Shown one piece after another: positions 28,335-37,756 of a stretch of DNA of 64,000 bases (positions within the stretch are counted from its first letter, which is position 1; the number at the start of each line of letters is the position of its first letter). The stretch comes from Bacteroidota bacterium (GTDB lineage Bacteria; Bacteroidota; Bacteroidia; Chitinophagales; Chitinophagaceae). Position numbers and translations under genes: made by a program. Under the pieces are notes generated by a model, which saw only the letters and a program-made list of their open reading frames with translations, had not been told where the DNA came from and did no database searches. The stretch lies in assembly GCA_024640255.1 (NCBI GenBank), contig JAHEFI010000047.1, positions 16,689-80,688 on the forward strand, in the 5' to 3' direction.

Positions 28335-30077
28335 ATGTCAGATTTTCAAGTTAAAGTAGCGCCTAAAAAATACGACGCAGTTATTGTGGGTTCAGGAGCA
28401 GGAGGTGGAATGGCAGCTTATGTTTTAGCAAAAGCAGGATTAAAAGTTTGTTTGCTAGAAGCAGGTCCAGATTATGATCCAGCAAAAAATTCAGCACAGT
28501 TAAAAAACCCATGGGATTCACCACGTCGTGGTGCGAGTTCAAAGTTTCGTCCATTCGGTGAATTTGATGGATGTTATTGGGGATGGGAAATTGATGGTGA
28601 ACCATACACACAAACAAAAGGATCAGACCATTTTGATTGGTGGAGAGCGAGAATGGTGGGTGGTCGTACCAATCACTGGGGAAGAATCTCTTTACGTTTT
28701 GGACCAAAAGATTTTAAAAGACATAGTATTGATGGCTTAGGTGATGACTGGCCAATTGGATACGAAGATGTAAAACCTTATTACGATAAGATTGACAGAT
28801 TGATTGGTGTATACGGAACCAACGAAGGATTAGAGAACGATCCAGATGGTATCTTCTTGCCTCCTCCAAAACCTCGTTTACACGAATTGATGTTTAAGAA
28901 AGCAGCTACTGGAATTAATATCCCAGTAATCCCTTCTCGTTTATCTATTTTAACAAAGAAAATTAACGATGAGCGTGGTGCATGTTTTTATTGCGGTCAA
29001 TGTAATCGTTCTTGTAAAGTATATGGTGATTTCTCTTCTTCATCAGTATTAGTAAAACCTGCAGTATTAACTGGTAATGTAGATTTAATTACTGGTGCAA
29101 TGGCGCGTGAAGTATTAACAGATAGAGAAGGAAAAGCAACTGGTATTTCTTATGTAAATAAAATGGACAAGCAAGAATACCAAGTGCATGCTAAAGTAGT
29201 AATACTAGGTGCAAGTACTTGTGAGACGGCTCGTTTATTATTGAATTCAAAATCACAAAAACATCCAAACGGTTTAGCGAATAGTTCTGGTGTAGTAGGT
29301 CACTACTTACATGATTCTACTGGTGCTGCATTGGGTGGGGTGATTCCTAACTTAATGGGACGTAAGCGTTACAATGAAGATGGTGTGGGTGGTATGCACG
29401 TTTATACACCATGGTGGTTGGATAATAAAAAATTAGATTTCCCAAGAGGATACCATATTGAATATTGGGGTGGTATGAGCCAACCTAGTTATGGATTTGG
29501 TATGGGTATGCAAGGATTGAATGGTAAGTTCCAAGTAAATGGAAAAACCAAAGAAGAAGGTGGATATGGTTCTTCCTTAAAAGAAGACGTTCGTTTCTTC
29601 TACGGAGCAAGTGTAGGTATGGGAGGTCGTGGTGAAGCAGTGCCTCGTTTTGAAAACCATTGTAGCATTGATCCAGAAGTAGTAGACAAATACGGTATTC
29701 CAGTATTGAAATTTGATTGTAAGAATTCAGAATATGAAATCAAGCAAGCAAAGCATATGAAAGAAACCTTCCGTGAAATTATGCACGAAATGGGTGCGGT
29801 AATCACATGGGGTGATTCAGATGATGCAAGCAATAATTATGGTTTATCTAATCCAGGAAATATTATCCATGAAGCTGGTACAGTAAGAATGGGTAGTGAT
29901 AAAAAGACTTCAGCATTAAATGCATGGGGACAAGCACATGATTGTAATAATTTATTCTGTGTGGATGGATCTGTATTCACTTCACAAGCAGATAAGAATA
30001 TTACTTGGACCATTTTAGCATTGTCTATGCGTACTTCTGAGTATATCTTGGATCAAATGAAAAAACAAAACATTTAA
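28335..30077 (+). CDS. GMC-family FAD oxidoreductase (sugar/glycoside dehydrogenase catalytic subunit)
   Basis: IVGSGAGG FAD motif, GGRTNHWGR, Cys cluster CFYCGQCNRSC and HEAGTVRMG. Confidence 0.92.
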   Translation: MSDFQVKVAPKKYDAVIVGSGAGGGMAAYVLAKAGLKVCLLEAGPDYDPAKNSAQLKNPWDSPRRGASSKFRPFGEFDGCYWGWEIDGEPYTQTKGSDHFDWWRARMVGGRTNHWGRISLRFGPKDFKRHSIDGLGDDWPIGYEDVKPYYDKIDRLIGVYGTNEGLENDPDGIFLPPPKPRLHELMFKKAATGINIPVIPSRLSILTKKINDERGACFYCGQCNRSCKVYGDFSSSSVLVKPAVLTGNVDLITGAMAREVLTDREGKATGISYVNKMDKQEYQVHAKVVILGASTCETARLLLNSKSQKHPNGLANSSGVVGHYLHDSTGAALGGVIPNLMGRKRYNEDGVGGMHVYTPWWLDNKKLDFPRGYHIEYWGGMSQPSYGFGMGMQGLNGKFQVNGKTKEEGGYGSSLKEDVRFFYGASVGMGGRGEAVPRFENHCSIDPEVVDKYGIPVLKFDCKNSEYEIKQAKHMKETFREIMHEMGAVITWGDSDDASNNYGLSNPGNIIHEAGTVRMGSDKKTSALNAWGQAHDCNNLFCVDGSVFTSQADKNITWTILALSMRTSEYILDQMKKQNI

Positions 30078-30103
30078 TTAACACACTTTAAAATTATCAT
30101 ATC

Positions 30104-30748
30104 ATGGATAGAAGGAACTCCATCAAAGCCTTGGTTTTAGGAACAGTTTCAGCAGGTGTTGTTATTGAAGCCTGTAAGAATGCGAAGACCACGGTTACAG
30201 AAGTGAACATGGACGATCGCATGCAAGAAGAAAAAGATTATTTAGTGAAGGTGAATGCCGAGCCTAAATTCTTTGACGAGCATGAGATGGCTACCATTAC
30301 TGTATTAGGTGATATTATTATGCCAAAGGATGAACAAAGCGGCTCTGCTTCAGAAGCAAAAGTGCCAGAGTTTATAGAGTTTATTGTAAAAGACATGCCA
30401 GAACATCAAGTACCTGTAAGAGGTGGTTTGAGATGGCTGGATTTACATAGCTTCAATAAGCATGGTAAATCTTTTGTTACTTGTACACATGAGCAACAAA
30501 TTGGTATTGTAGACGAGATTGCTTATCCTAAAAAAGCAAAACCAGAACATGCACAAGGCGTAAGCTTCTTTAATAAAATGAGAGACTTAGTAACCACAGG
30601 TTATTATACTTCAGAAATAGGTGTGAAAGATTTAGGCTATATGGGTAACCAACCTAATATGTGGAATGGTGTACCTGACGATGTATTAAAACAGCATGGT
30701 TTAGCTTACACTGAAAAAGAACTGAAGGAATGCGTTTCCTACAATTAA
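30104..30748 (+). CDS. Gluconate-2-dehydrogenase subunit-3-like partner; putative Tat lipoprotein
   Basis: MDRRNSIK twin-Arg, hydrophobic stretch ending IEAC, SGSASEAKVPEFIEF and GYYTSEIG..DLGY.GN motifs. Confidence 0.88.
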   Translation: MDRRNSIKALVLGTVSAGVVIEACKNAKTTVTEVNMDDRMQEEKDYLVKVNAEPKFFDEHEMATITVLGDIIMPKDEQSGSASEAKVPEFIEFIVKDMPEHQVPVRGGLRWLDLHSFNKHGKSFVTCTHEQQIGIVDEIAYPKKAKPEHAQGVSFFNKMRDLVTTGYYTSEIGVKDLGYMGNQPNMWNGVPDDVLKQHGLAYTEKELKECVSYN

Positions 30749-30754
30749 TCTTAT

Positions 30755-30786
30755 AAAAAAAGGCTAAGAATTTCTTAGCCTTTTTT
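30755..30786. terminator. Bidirectional terminator between the GMC partner gene and metG
   Basis: AAAAAAAGGCTAAGAA-T-TTCTTAGCCTTTTTT. Confidence 0.9.
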
Positions 30787-30815
30787 GTGTCTTTAATTTT
30801 TTGTCGCGTTGGTGG

Positions 30816-32933
30816 TTACGAAATGCCACTTCCAGGGGCGATACCTTCTGTAGGATTTACGAAATACAATTTCCCCGCAGCATCTTCCGCCATTAAGATC
30901 ATACCCTTGCTTTCAATACCACGCATTTTTCTTGGTGCTAAATTGGCTACAATAGTTACTTGCTTACCAACAATATCTTCTGGATTAAAATGCATTGCAA
31001 TACCAGATAAAATAGTTCTTTGCTCAAAACCAAGATCTACCAAAAGTTCTAATAATTTATCTGCTTTCTCTACTTTCTTCGCTTCAATAATGGTTCCTAC
31101 GCGCAAATCAATTTTTGCAAAATCATCAAAAACAATTTCTGGCTTTAATGGATTAGGTCCAGTTGATTCTGTAGTAGTATTTTCCATAGTTGTTTTTTTA
31201 ACGGCAGCATTGGCTTGTAATTGAGCTAGTTCTGCTGCAATTTCTTCGTCTTCAATTTTTCTAAACAATAATTCAGGGGCTCTTAAAGTATAACCCACTT
31301 TTAATAAGTTAAATGAACCTGCGTTTTCCCATTCTAACATCTTATCTACCACTTTCATTAAGTGACACATTTTCTTAGCAGTAAATGGCAAGAAAGGATG
31401 TATCAAAATAGCCAGGTTAGCGCTCAATTGTAAACAGGCATGCATGCAATTGTCAATCTTTGCTTGTGCATTTGGATCCGTTCCAATTTGTTTTGCCACA
31501 ATCCAAGGTTCTTTCTTTTGCATGTATTGGTTACCCAATCTTGCTAAATTAATTACTTCAAATTGCGCGTCTCTAAATTTATATTGCTCTAATAAGTCAG
31601 TTACTTTAGCCGTAGTATCTTTTACCGCTTGCATGATGGCCAAGTCTTCGTTGTCCAATAAATCCTGATGTATTGGAGGTACTTTCCCATTACACAATTT
31701 GTGCATTAATACCCATGTTCTATTAATGAAGTTGGCGAAGATGCTTACTAATTCTCCATTCACTGCATCTTGAAAACCTTTCCAAGTAAATTCACTGTCC
31801 TTTGATTCAGGAGCGATAGAAGTTAAATAAAAACGAAGGCAGTCGGCTAATGCTTCTCCACCGTTTTCTTTCTTAATCCATTTGTTGATATAATCTTCCA
31901 TCTCAATGCTCCATCCTTTAGAAGTACTCATTTTATCTCCTTCTAAATTCATGAATTCATTAGCAGGTACATTCTCTGGAAGTATATGTCCATTCAAATG
32001 CAACATTACTGGGAAAATAATACAGTGGAATACAATATTGTCTTTTCCAATAAAGTGTACCAACTTGGTTTCTTTATCATTCCAATAAGGGCTCCAATCC
32101 TTGTTATTATTTAAAGCCCATTGCTTAGTAGCACTAATATATCCAATAGGGGCATCAAACCATACATACAATACTTTTCCTTCAGCACCTTTGATAGGCA
32201 CTTTAATTCCCCAATCCAAATCTCTAGTAACTGCTCTTGGTTGTAATCCGCCATCAATCCAACTTTTACATTGTCCCACTACAGCAGGTCTCCAATCATC
32301 ACTATGTTCTTTGATAATCCAATCTCTTAAAAAATCTTCATGTCTATTCAATGGTAAATACCAATGCGTAGTAGATTTTTTTATAGGTGCTTTACCACTT
32401 AAAGTGCTTACTGGATTAATTAATTCTTCGGGGCTTAAAGTTTTACCGCATTTCTCGCACTGATCTCCATATGCTTCGTTATTACCACAACTTGGGCAAG
32501 TACCTTTAATATATCTGTCTGCTAAAAATGTATTAGCTGTTTCATCAAAATATTGTTCTGTGGTCTTGGTTTCTAAATCTCCTTTGGCTTCCAAATTGGA
32601 AAAGAAAGCAGCAGCCGTTTCATGATGTAATGGATCGCTGGTTCTATGATAAATATCAAAAGCTATTCCTAGATCTTTAAAATTTTGCTCAATGATTGGA
32701 TGGTATTTATCAATAATGGCTTGAGCGGTTGTTCCTTCTTTGGTTGCTTGAATAGGAATAGCAGTTCCGTGTTCGTCACTTCCACAAACAAATACCACGT
32801 CTCTTTGCTGAGCTTTAAGGTAGCGAACATAAATATCCGCTGGTAAATAAGCCCCGGCAAGATGCCCTATATGCTTCAAACCGTTCGCATAAGGTAGGGC
32901 TGCAGTAATCAAATATCTTTTTGGCGTCTTCAT
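30816..32933 (-). CDS. metG: Methionyl-tRNA synthetase with C-terminal tRNA-binding domain
   Basis: ALPYANGLKHIGH, Zn knuckles, YVWFDAPIGY and KMSTS motifs; Trbp111-like C-terminus; ATG at 32933. Confidence 0.97.
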   Translation of the reverse strand: MKTPKRYLITAALPYANGLKHIGHLAGAYLPADIYVRYLKAQQRDVVFVCGSDEHGTAIPIQATKEGTTAQAIIDKYHPIIEQNFKDLGIAFDIYHRTSDPLHHETAAAFFSNLEAKGDLETKTTEQYFDETANTFLADRYIKGTCPSCGNNEAYGDQCEKCGKTLSPEELINPVSTLSGKAPIKKSTTHWYLPLNRHEDFLRDWIIKEHSDDWRPAVVGQCKSWIDGGLQPRAVTRDLDWGIKVPIKGAEGKVLYVWFDAPIGYISATKQWALNNNKDWSPYWNDKETKLVHFIGKDNIVFHCIIFPVMLHLNGHILPENVPANEFMNLEGDKMSTSKGWSIEMEDYINKWIKKENGGEALADCLRFYLTSIAPESKDSEFTWKGFQDAVNGELVSIFANFINRTWVLMHKLCNGKVPPIHQDLLDNEDLAIMQAVKDTTAKVTDLLEQYKFRDAQFEVINLARLGNQYMQKKEPWIVAKQIGTDPNAQAKIDNCMHACLQLSANLAILIHPFLPFTAKKMCHLMKVVDKMLEWENAGSFNLLKVGYTLRAPELLFRKIEDEEIAAELAQLQANAAVKKTTMENTTTESTGPNPLKPEIVFDDFAKIDLRVGTIIEAKKVEKADKLLELLVDLGFEQRTILSGIAMHFNPEDIVGKQVTIVANLAPRKMRGIESKGMILMAEDAAGKLYFVNPTEGIAPGSGIS

Positions 32934-32960
32934 TGCTGCAAAAGTACTTAATATTGCGGT
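32934..32960. promoter_or_regulatory. Back-to-back -7 boxes for metG and the LD-carboxypeptidase gene
   Basis: TACTTTTG on the minus strand (32939-32946) and TAATATTG on the plus strand (32949-32956), within a 27-bp spacer. Confidence 0.65.
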
Positions 32961-33872
32961 ATGATTCAACCTTCCCATTTGAAGCCAGGAGACCTAGTAG
33001 GTATGGTCTGCCCAGCAGGGGCCATCCCCCTTGAAAGAGTACAAACCTGTGTGCAGACCCTTGAAACTTGGGGTTATAAAGTGTTGTTGGGTAAAACGGT
33101 TGGAGCAAAGCATTATACATTTTCAGGGACAGATGCTGAAAGAGCTGAAGATTTGCAAAGCATGTTGGACAATCCAGCTATAAAGGCAATTATATGTGCA
33201 AGGGGCGGATATGGATTAAGTAAAATTATTGATAAAATTAACTTCACAAAATTTATAGCACAGCCCAAATGGGTAATTGGTTTTAGTGATATTACCGTAT
33301 TGCATGCAGCTATTCATCAACTAGGCATTGCAAGTATTCATGGCCCAATGGCTGCTGCATTTAATAAAGGAGTGGAGGGCGAACCTTATATCCAATCTAT
33401 TAAAGATGTTTTAGAAGGAAGGGCTACTCATTTTGAAGTAGCTGCGCATGTTTCTAATCAATCGGGAAACACTACTGCGCCACTTGTTGGAGGCAATCTT
33501 TGTTTGATTGCTCATTTGGTTGGATCAAAATATAGTTTAGATACCAAGGGTAAAATTTTGTTTTTAGAAGATACCACTGAGCATCATTATAATTTGGATA
33601 GAATGTTGATTCAGTTAAAAAATGCAGGATTGTTAAGTGGTATTAAAGGTTTGATTGTAGGTGGATTTACTTCTTTAAAAGACGAATGGACGGATATAGG
33701 CCAGGATATTGTTTCTATGGTTCAGTCTTATGTAGAGGATAAAACCATTCCGATTTCCTTTGATTTTCCTATTAGCCACGAGTTACCTAATTATGCTGTA
33801 AAAGAAGGGGTGGACTATTATTTTGAAGTGTCCCAAACCGGCGTAATATTAAAAGAATCGGCTATTTTTTAA
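32961..33872 (+). CDS. ldcA: LD-carboxypeptidase (peptidase S66)
   Basis: ARGGYG, GFSDIT nucleophile, GGNL, LFLED and FPISH motifs. Confidence 0.9.
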   Translation: MIQPSHLKPGDLVGMVCPAGAIPLERVQTCVQTLETWGYKVLLGKTVGAKHYTFSGTDAERAEDLQSMLDNPAIKAIICARGGYGLSKIIDKINFTKFIAQPKWVIGFSDITVLHAAIHQLGIASIHGPMAAAFNKGVEGEPYIQSIKDVLEGRATHFEVAAHVSNQSGNTTAPLVGGNLCLIAHLVGSKYSLDTKGKILFLEDTTEHHYNLDRMLIQLKNAGLLSGIKGLIVGGFTSLKDEWTDIGQDIVSMVQSYVEDKTIPISFDFPISHELPNYAVKEGVDYYFEVSQTGVILKESAIF

Positions 33873-33947
33873 AACTACGTTAATATTCGTAGCTGGTGGC
33901 TAAATCAGCCGTTTTAATTGTTAATTTTGGTTATTAAATTGAATTGT

Positions 33948-35537
33948 ATGCAAAAGAGTATTTTTTCATTAAGTATCGCTTTATTAGCACTTGTTCAAAT
34001 TAGTTGGGCGCAATCTTATGTAGTTTCTGGTATTGAAAAAACAGATAAAGAAGGGATGCAGTATGAAGTGCTAGGCAAATTGGGAAAAAACTATTGGATC
34101 TATAAAAAGAATGGTAGTATTTCAACAATTGCTCAGTACAATGATCAAATGCAATTGGTAAAACAAAACGATTTAACTTTTTTACCTGCACAAGTACAAC
34201 AAATTGAATTTGTAAAAAGAGCAGAAAAATTATTTGCTTTTTATCAATTCCAAAATAATAAGACAGTGTATGCTGCATTAGCAACATTGAATGCAGATGG
34301 TCAATTACAAGGAGATCCTATTGTATTAGATACAGCACAAAATATTAGACCTGGATCAAGAGCAAAGATTTTTAATTTAATAGAAAGTGATGATCATCAA
34401 AAAATCTTATTATTTAGTGTAAACACAAGTAATCCAGCTTCTATTAAAATTAAAACCAGTTCTTACAATACCAATTTTGAAGAGATTGCTGATGCTGCTA
34501 TCAGTATTAATTCTGCTAATAAAAAATCATTATTATCAGATTTTGCATTAGACAATAAAGGCAATTTATATTGTTTAAGAAATACAACACAAAATAATGC
34601 AGCACCTGCAGTGAGTTTAATTTATTTAAGTGAGGGTGGAAAAGAAGTGGTTGAAACACCTGTATTAAATACGCAATTTTTATTGGATGATATTAGATTA
34701 AAAATTGACAACAATCAAAATAGAGTGGTATTAAATTCTTTTTATGCTATTTCTAAGAAAGGTAATATAGAAGGTTTGTTTACTTATATCTGGGATGCAA
34801 ATGCAAAAACAGAAGTTTTATTATCTGCTAACAGATTTACAGATGCGAATAGAGCTTTGGTTACTAATAAAAGAAATTTAAAAACTGCTTTAGATACTTA
34901 TTATATTGATAAAGTAAATACACAGGCTAATGGAGATTTTGTGTTAATGGCCGAGTCTGCAGAAACTTATTCTAATAGATCTGCTTTTTCAAGATGGGAT
35001 TATTTCTGGGGCGGTGCATTTTACAATCCATTTTTATTCAATTATTGGAATAGACCATTTGGCTTTTATCCTTGGGCAAGATTTGGTTGGGGAGGCTTTG
35101 GTGGCTGGGGCTGGGGATATGGCTTTGGTTGGGGAGGCTTCTGGAATCCCTATGCAAGTTTTGGCTATCCAAGTGTAACTTATACAGCAAATCAAATTGC
35201 TTTATTGTCTTTTAATCAAAAAGGCGATTTGCAATGGGTAAAAACTATTGACAAGTCTCAATCTGATATGAATGTGGATCAGTTTATTGGATATGGTAGT
35301 TTTGAAAATAATAACGGAGTGAATATTATTTATTATCAAAAACAAAAGGGTCAAAGACAATTTGTTATTAATACTTTAAGTGCAAGTGGCGCATTAAGCA
35401 AAGGCGAATCCATTAATTTACAAGAAAAGCGTTTTGATTGGATGCCAAAAGCATTAAAACAAGTGGGAGAAAATGAATGTATTATACCTTACCAATACAA
35501 TAATAAGATTGGGTTTGCTAAAATTCAATTAAAGTAA
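33948..35537 (+). CDS. Secreted hypothetical beta-rich protein with a Gly/aromatic low-complexity insert
   Basis: Signal peptide (SWA-Q), long ORF with typical codon usage, GWGGFGGWGWGYGFGWGG segment. Confidence 0.8.
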   Translation: MQKSIFSLSIALLALVQISWAQSYVVSGIEKTDKEGMQYEVLGKLGKNYWIYKKNGSISTIAQYNDQMQLVKQNDLTFLPAQVQQIEFVKRAEKLFAFYQFQNNKTVYAALATLNADGQLQGDPIVLDTAQNIRPGSRAKIFNLIESDDHQKILLFSVNTSNPASIKIKTSSYNTNFEEIADAAISINSANKKSLLSDFALDNKGNLYCLRNTTQNNAAPAVSLIYLSEGGKEVVETPVLNTQFLLDDIRLKIDNNQNRVVLNSFYAISKKGNIEGLFTYIWDANAKTEVLLSANRFTDANRALVTNKRNLKTALDTYYIDKVNTQANGDFVLMAESAETYSNRSAFSRWDYFWGGAFYNPFLFNYWNRPFGFYPWARFGWGGFGGWGWGYGFGWGGFWNPYASFGYPSVTYTANQIALLSFNQKGDLQWVKTIDKSQSDMNVDQFIGYGSFENNNGVNIIYYQKQKGQRQFVINTLSASGALSKGESINLQEKRFDWMPKALKQVGENECIIPYQYNNKIGFAKIQLK

Positions 35538-35540
35538 GCA

Positions 35541-36512
35541 GTGGTATTTTTATTTAGAGATAGATCTGATATTAATATACTATTCATCATAGTATTAAGC
35601 TTTGCATTGCATTTTCATAACTGGATGGCACCTCCATTGGTGATTGCCAATGAATCGGATGGTTTTTTAGCTTTTATATTATTGCACTATATTAAACCAT
35701 TGCCATCTATTGCGCTGATTTTCTTATTTCAGCTATTAATTATCTCACAGGCACTAAGATTAAATGTATTGTTGAGTCAGTTGAAAATGTTTCAACAAGT
35801 AAGTTATCTTCCTGCATTTGTTTATATTTTATTGACTGCCACATTTCCTTATTGGGATGTAATTAGTTCAGGATTGGTAGCCAACTCTTTGGTTATTTGG
35901 ATTTTACTAAAGCTGTTAAAATTGTATGATCAAAATAAGCCACAAACTATTGAATTTAATATTGGATTAATTGTAGGGGTCTCTATATTGTTATATGAAC
36001 CTATTGCTATTTTAATACCAGTGGTATTGTTTGCACTAACCATTATTAGACCTTTTAAATTAACCGAGTGGTTGGTTTTATTAATGGGCATTGTATTGCC
36101 TTTTTATTTATTGTTTGCCTTTGTTTTCTTAACGTCAGGGGCTCCTCATTTTACGCAATATTTTCCCAAATTAGACTGGAAAAACCCATTGGTACAGCCC
36201 GAATGGAATATTATTAGTGGACTCATTATAATGGGTGTTCAGTTAATAGTAGGAATTTTTTATTGGCAACAACAACAAACCAGATTCATCATTCAGGTAC
36301 GTAAATATTGGGGTGTATTATTATTGGTTCTTATTTTGACCTTTTTTCAGCCCATTATCTTTTCGGTACAGGCCTTGTACGCTTCTGCAATTGTAATATC
36401 GCCACTAGCATGTTTTATCAGTTTTGCTTATTCGACTCCAAAAAGACTATTGGTTCCCAATATCCTTTTTTGGGCATCTGTGGGAATTATTGTGTATAAC
36501 CACTGGGCCTAA
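35541..36512 (+). CDS. Polytopic membrane protein (DUF6427-like)
   Basis: GTG start 3 nt after the upstream stop; about 10 hydrophobic helices. The family call is from resemblance only. Confidence 0.7.
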   Translation: MVFLFRDRSDINILFIIVLSFALHFHNWMAPPLVIANESDGFLAFILLHYIKPLPSIALIFLFQLLIISQALRLNVLLSQLKMFQQVSYLPAFVYILLTATFPYWDVISSGLVANSLVIWILLKLLKLYDQNKPQTIEFNIGLIVGVSILLYEPIAILIPVVLFALTIIRPFKLTEWLVLLMGIVLPFYLLFAFVFLTSGAPHFTQYFPKLDWKNPLVQPEWNIISGLIIMGVQLIVGIFYWQQQQTRFIIQVRKYWGVLLLVLILTFFQPIIFSVQALYASAIVISPLACFISFAYSTPKRLLVPNILFWASVGIIVYNHWA

Positions 36513-36595
36513 GTGAAGAATTTTAGCCCTAAAAAAGAGCATTATTTGGTACCTTTGGGCTTCCAAATAATACGATAATTAGTTAATTCAATTCT

Positions 36596-37261
36596 ATGAA
36601 ATTCGGAGTAGTTGTTTTCCCAGGTTCTAATTGTGATAGAGATATGCAAGATTCATTATCTCAGGATTTAGGCTATCCAGTGGAAATGCTTTGGCATAAA
36701 GACAGTGATTTATCTCATTTTACTACTGAAGATTGTGTGGTATTGCCTGGTGGTTTTTCCTATGGTGACTATTTACGTTGTGGAGCTATTGCAAAATTTA
36801 GTCCAATGATGCAATCGGTGATTGAATTTGCAAATAGAGGCGGAAAGGTTTTAGGTGTTTGCAATGGGTTTCAAATTTTATGTGAATCTGGTTTATTACC
36901 AGGTGCTTTATTACAAAACGAGAATCAACAATTTGTTTGTAAGAATGTATTTATAAAAACACCTACAAGTGATGCTTTAGAAATTCCTATTGCACATGGT
37001 GAAGGAAGATATTTTGCTGATAAAGCAACATTAGAACATTTAGAGAAAAACAATCAAGTGATTTTCAGATACTGTGATCAAGAGGGAAATATTGGTGGCA
37101 CCGCTAATCCAAATGGATCAACCAATGATATTGCGGGCATTTGTAATGACAAAAGAAATGTGTTTGGCATGATGCCTCACCCTGAAAGAGCCACTTCTGT
37201 TGCTTTGAATAATATTGATGGCAAGGAAGTATTTAAAATTTTAGGTTTAAGTAAAGCTTAA
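36596..37261 (+). CDS. purQ: FGAM synthase glutaminase subunit
   Basis: [30 protein letters not shown] and MMPHPER motifs. Confidence 0.97.
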   Translation: MKFGVVVFPGSNCDRDMQDSLSQDLGYPVEMLWHKDSDLSHFTTEDCVVLPGGFSYGDYLRCGAIAKFSPMMQSVIEFANRGGKVLGVCNGFQILCESGLLPGALLQNENQQFVCKNVFIKTPTSDALEIPIAHGEGRYFADKATLEHLEKNNQVIFRYCDQEGNIGGTANPNGSTNDIAGICNDKRNVFGMMPHPERATSVALNNIDGKEVFKILGLSKA

Positions 37262-37284
37262 TAAGGCGTATTAAAATAGATAGT

Positions 37285-37734
37285 ATGAAAAAGTTTTTAT
37301 TGATTATCTGCAGTGTGGCGTTAATGATAAGTGCACAAGCACAAAGATTTAATCCAACTAAATGGAGTTTTGAAGCAGTAAAGAAAGCGGATAAACAATA
37401 TGAAATTATTGCTACCGCTACTATTGATGCGCCATGGCATATATATTCTCAATTCGTGAAAGGCGGTCCTATACCTACTTCATTCCAATTCAAGAAAAAC
37501 CCATTGATAACCTTGGTGGGTAAAACTAAAGAAGAAGGAAAGCTGGAGAAAAAATTTGATAAAAACTTTAATGCAATGATTGCTACATTTGGAGGTACGG
37601 TTAAATTTAAACAATTGGTTAGTTTAAAAGTGGCTAGTAAAACCAAATTAGCAGGTACTTTGGAATTCACTGCATGTAATGATGAAAAATGTTTGCCTCC
37701 TACTAAATTGGATTTTGAAGTAAACCTTCAATAA
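37285..37734 (+). CDS. DsbD N-terminal (alpha) domain protein
   Basis: Signal peptide; WHIYS, GPIPT and ACNDEKCLPP motifs. Confidence 0.85.
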   Translation: MKKFLLIICSVALMISAQAQRFNPTKWSFEAVKKADKQYEIIATATIDAPWHIYSQFVKGGPIPTSFQFKKNPLITLVGKTKEEGKLEKKFDKNFNAMIATFGGTVKFKQLVSLKVASKTKLAGTLEFTACNDEKCLPPTKLDFEVNLQ

Positions 37735-37756
37735 GCATTTTAATTAAATCTATATT

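Noticed and set aside
30787-32860. Short ORFs overlapping metG, and the many other 60-145-aa shadow ORFs in the track
   Set aside because: They are antisense or alternate-frame to well-supported genes and have no recognisable motifs.
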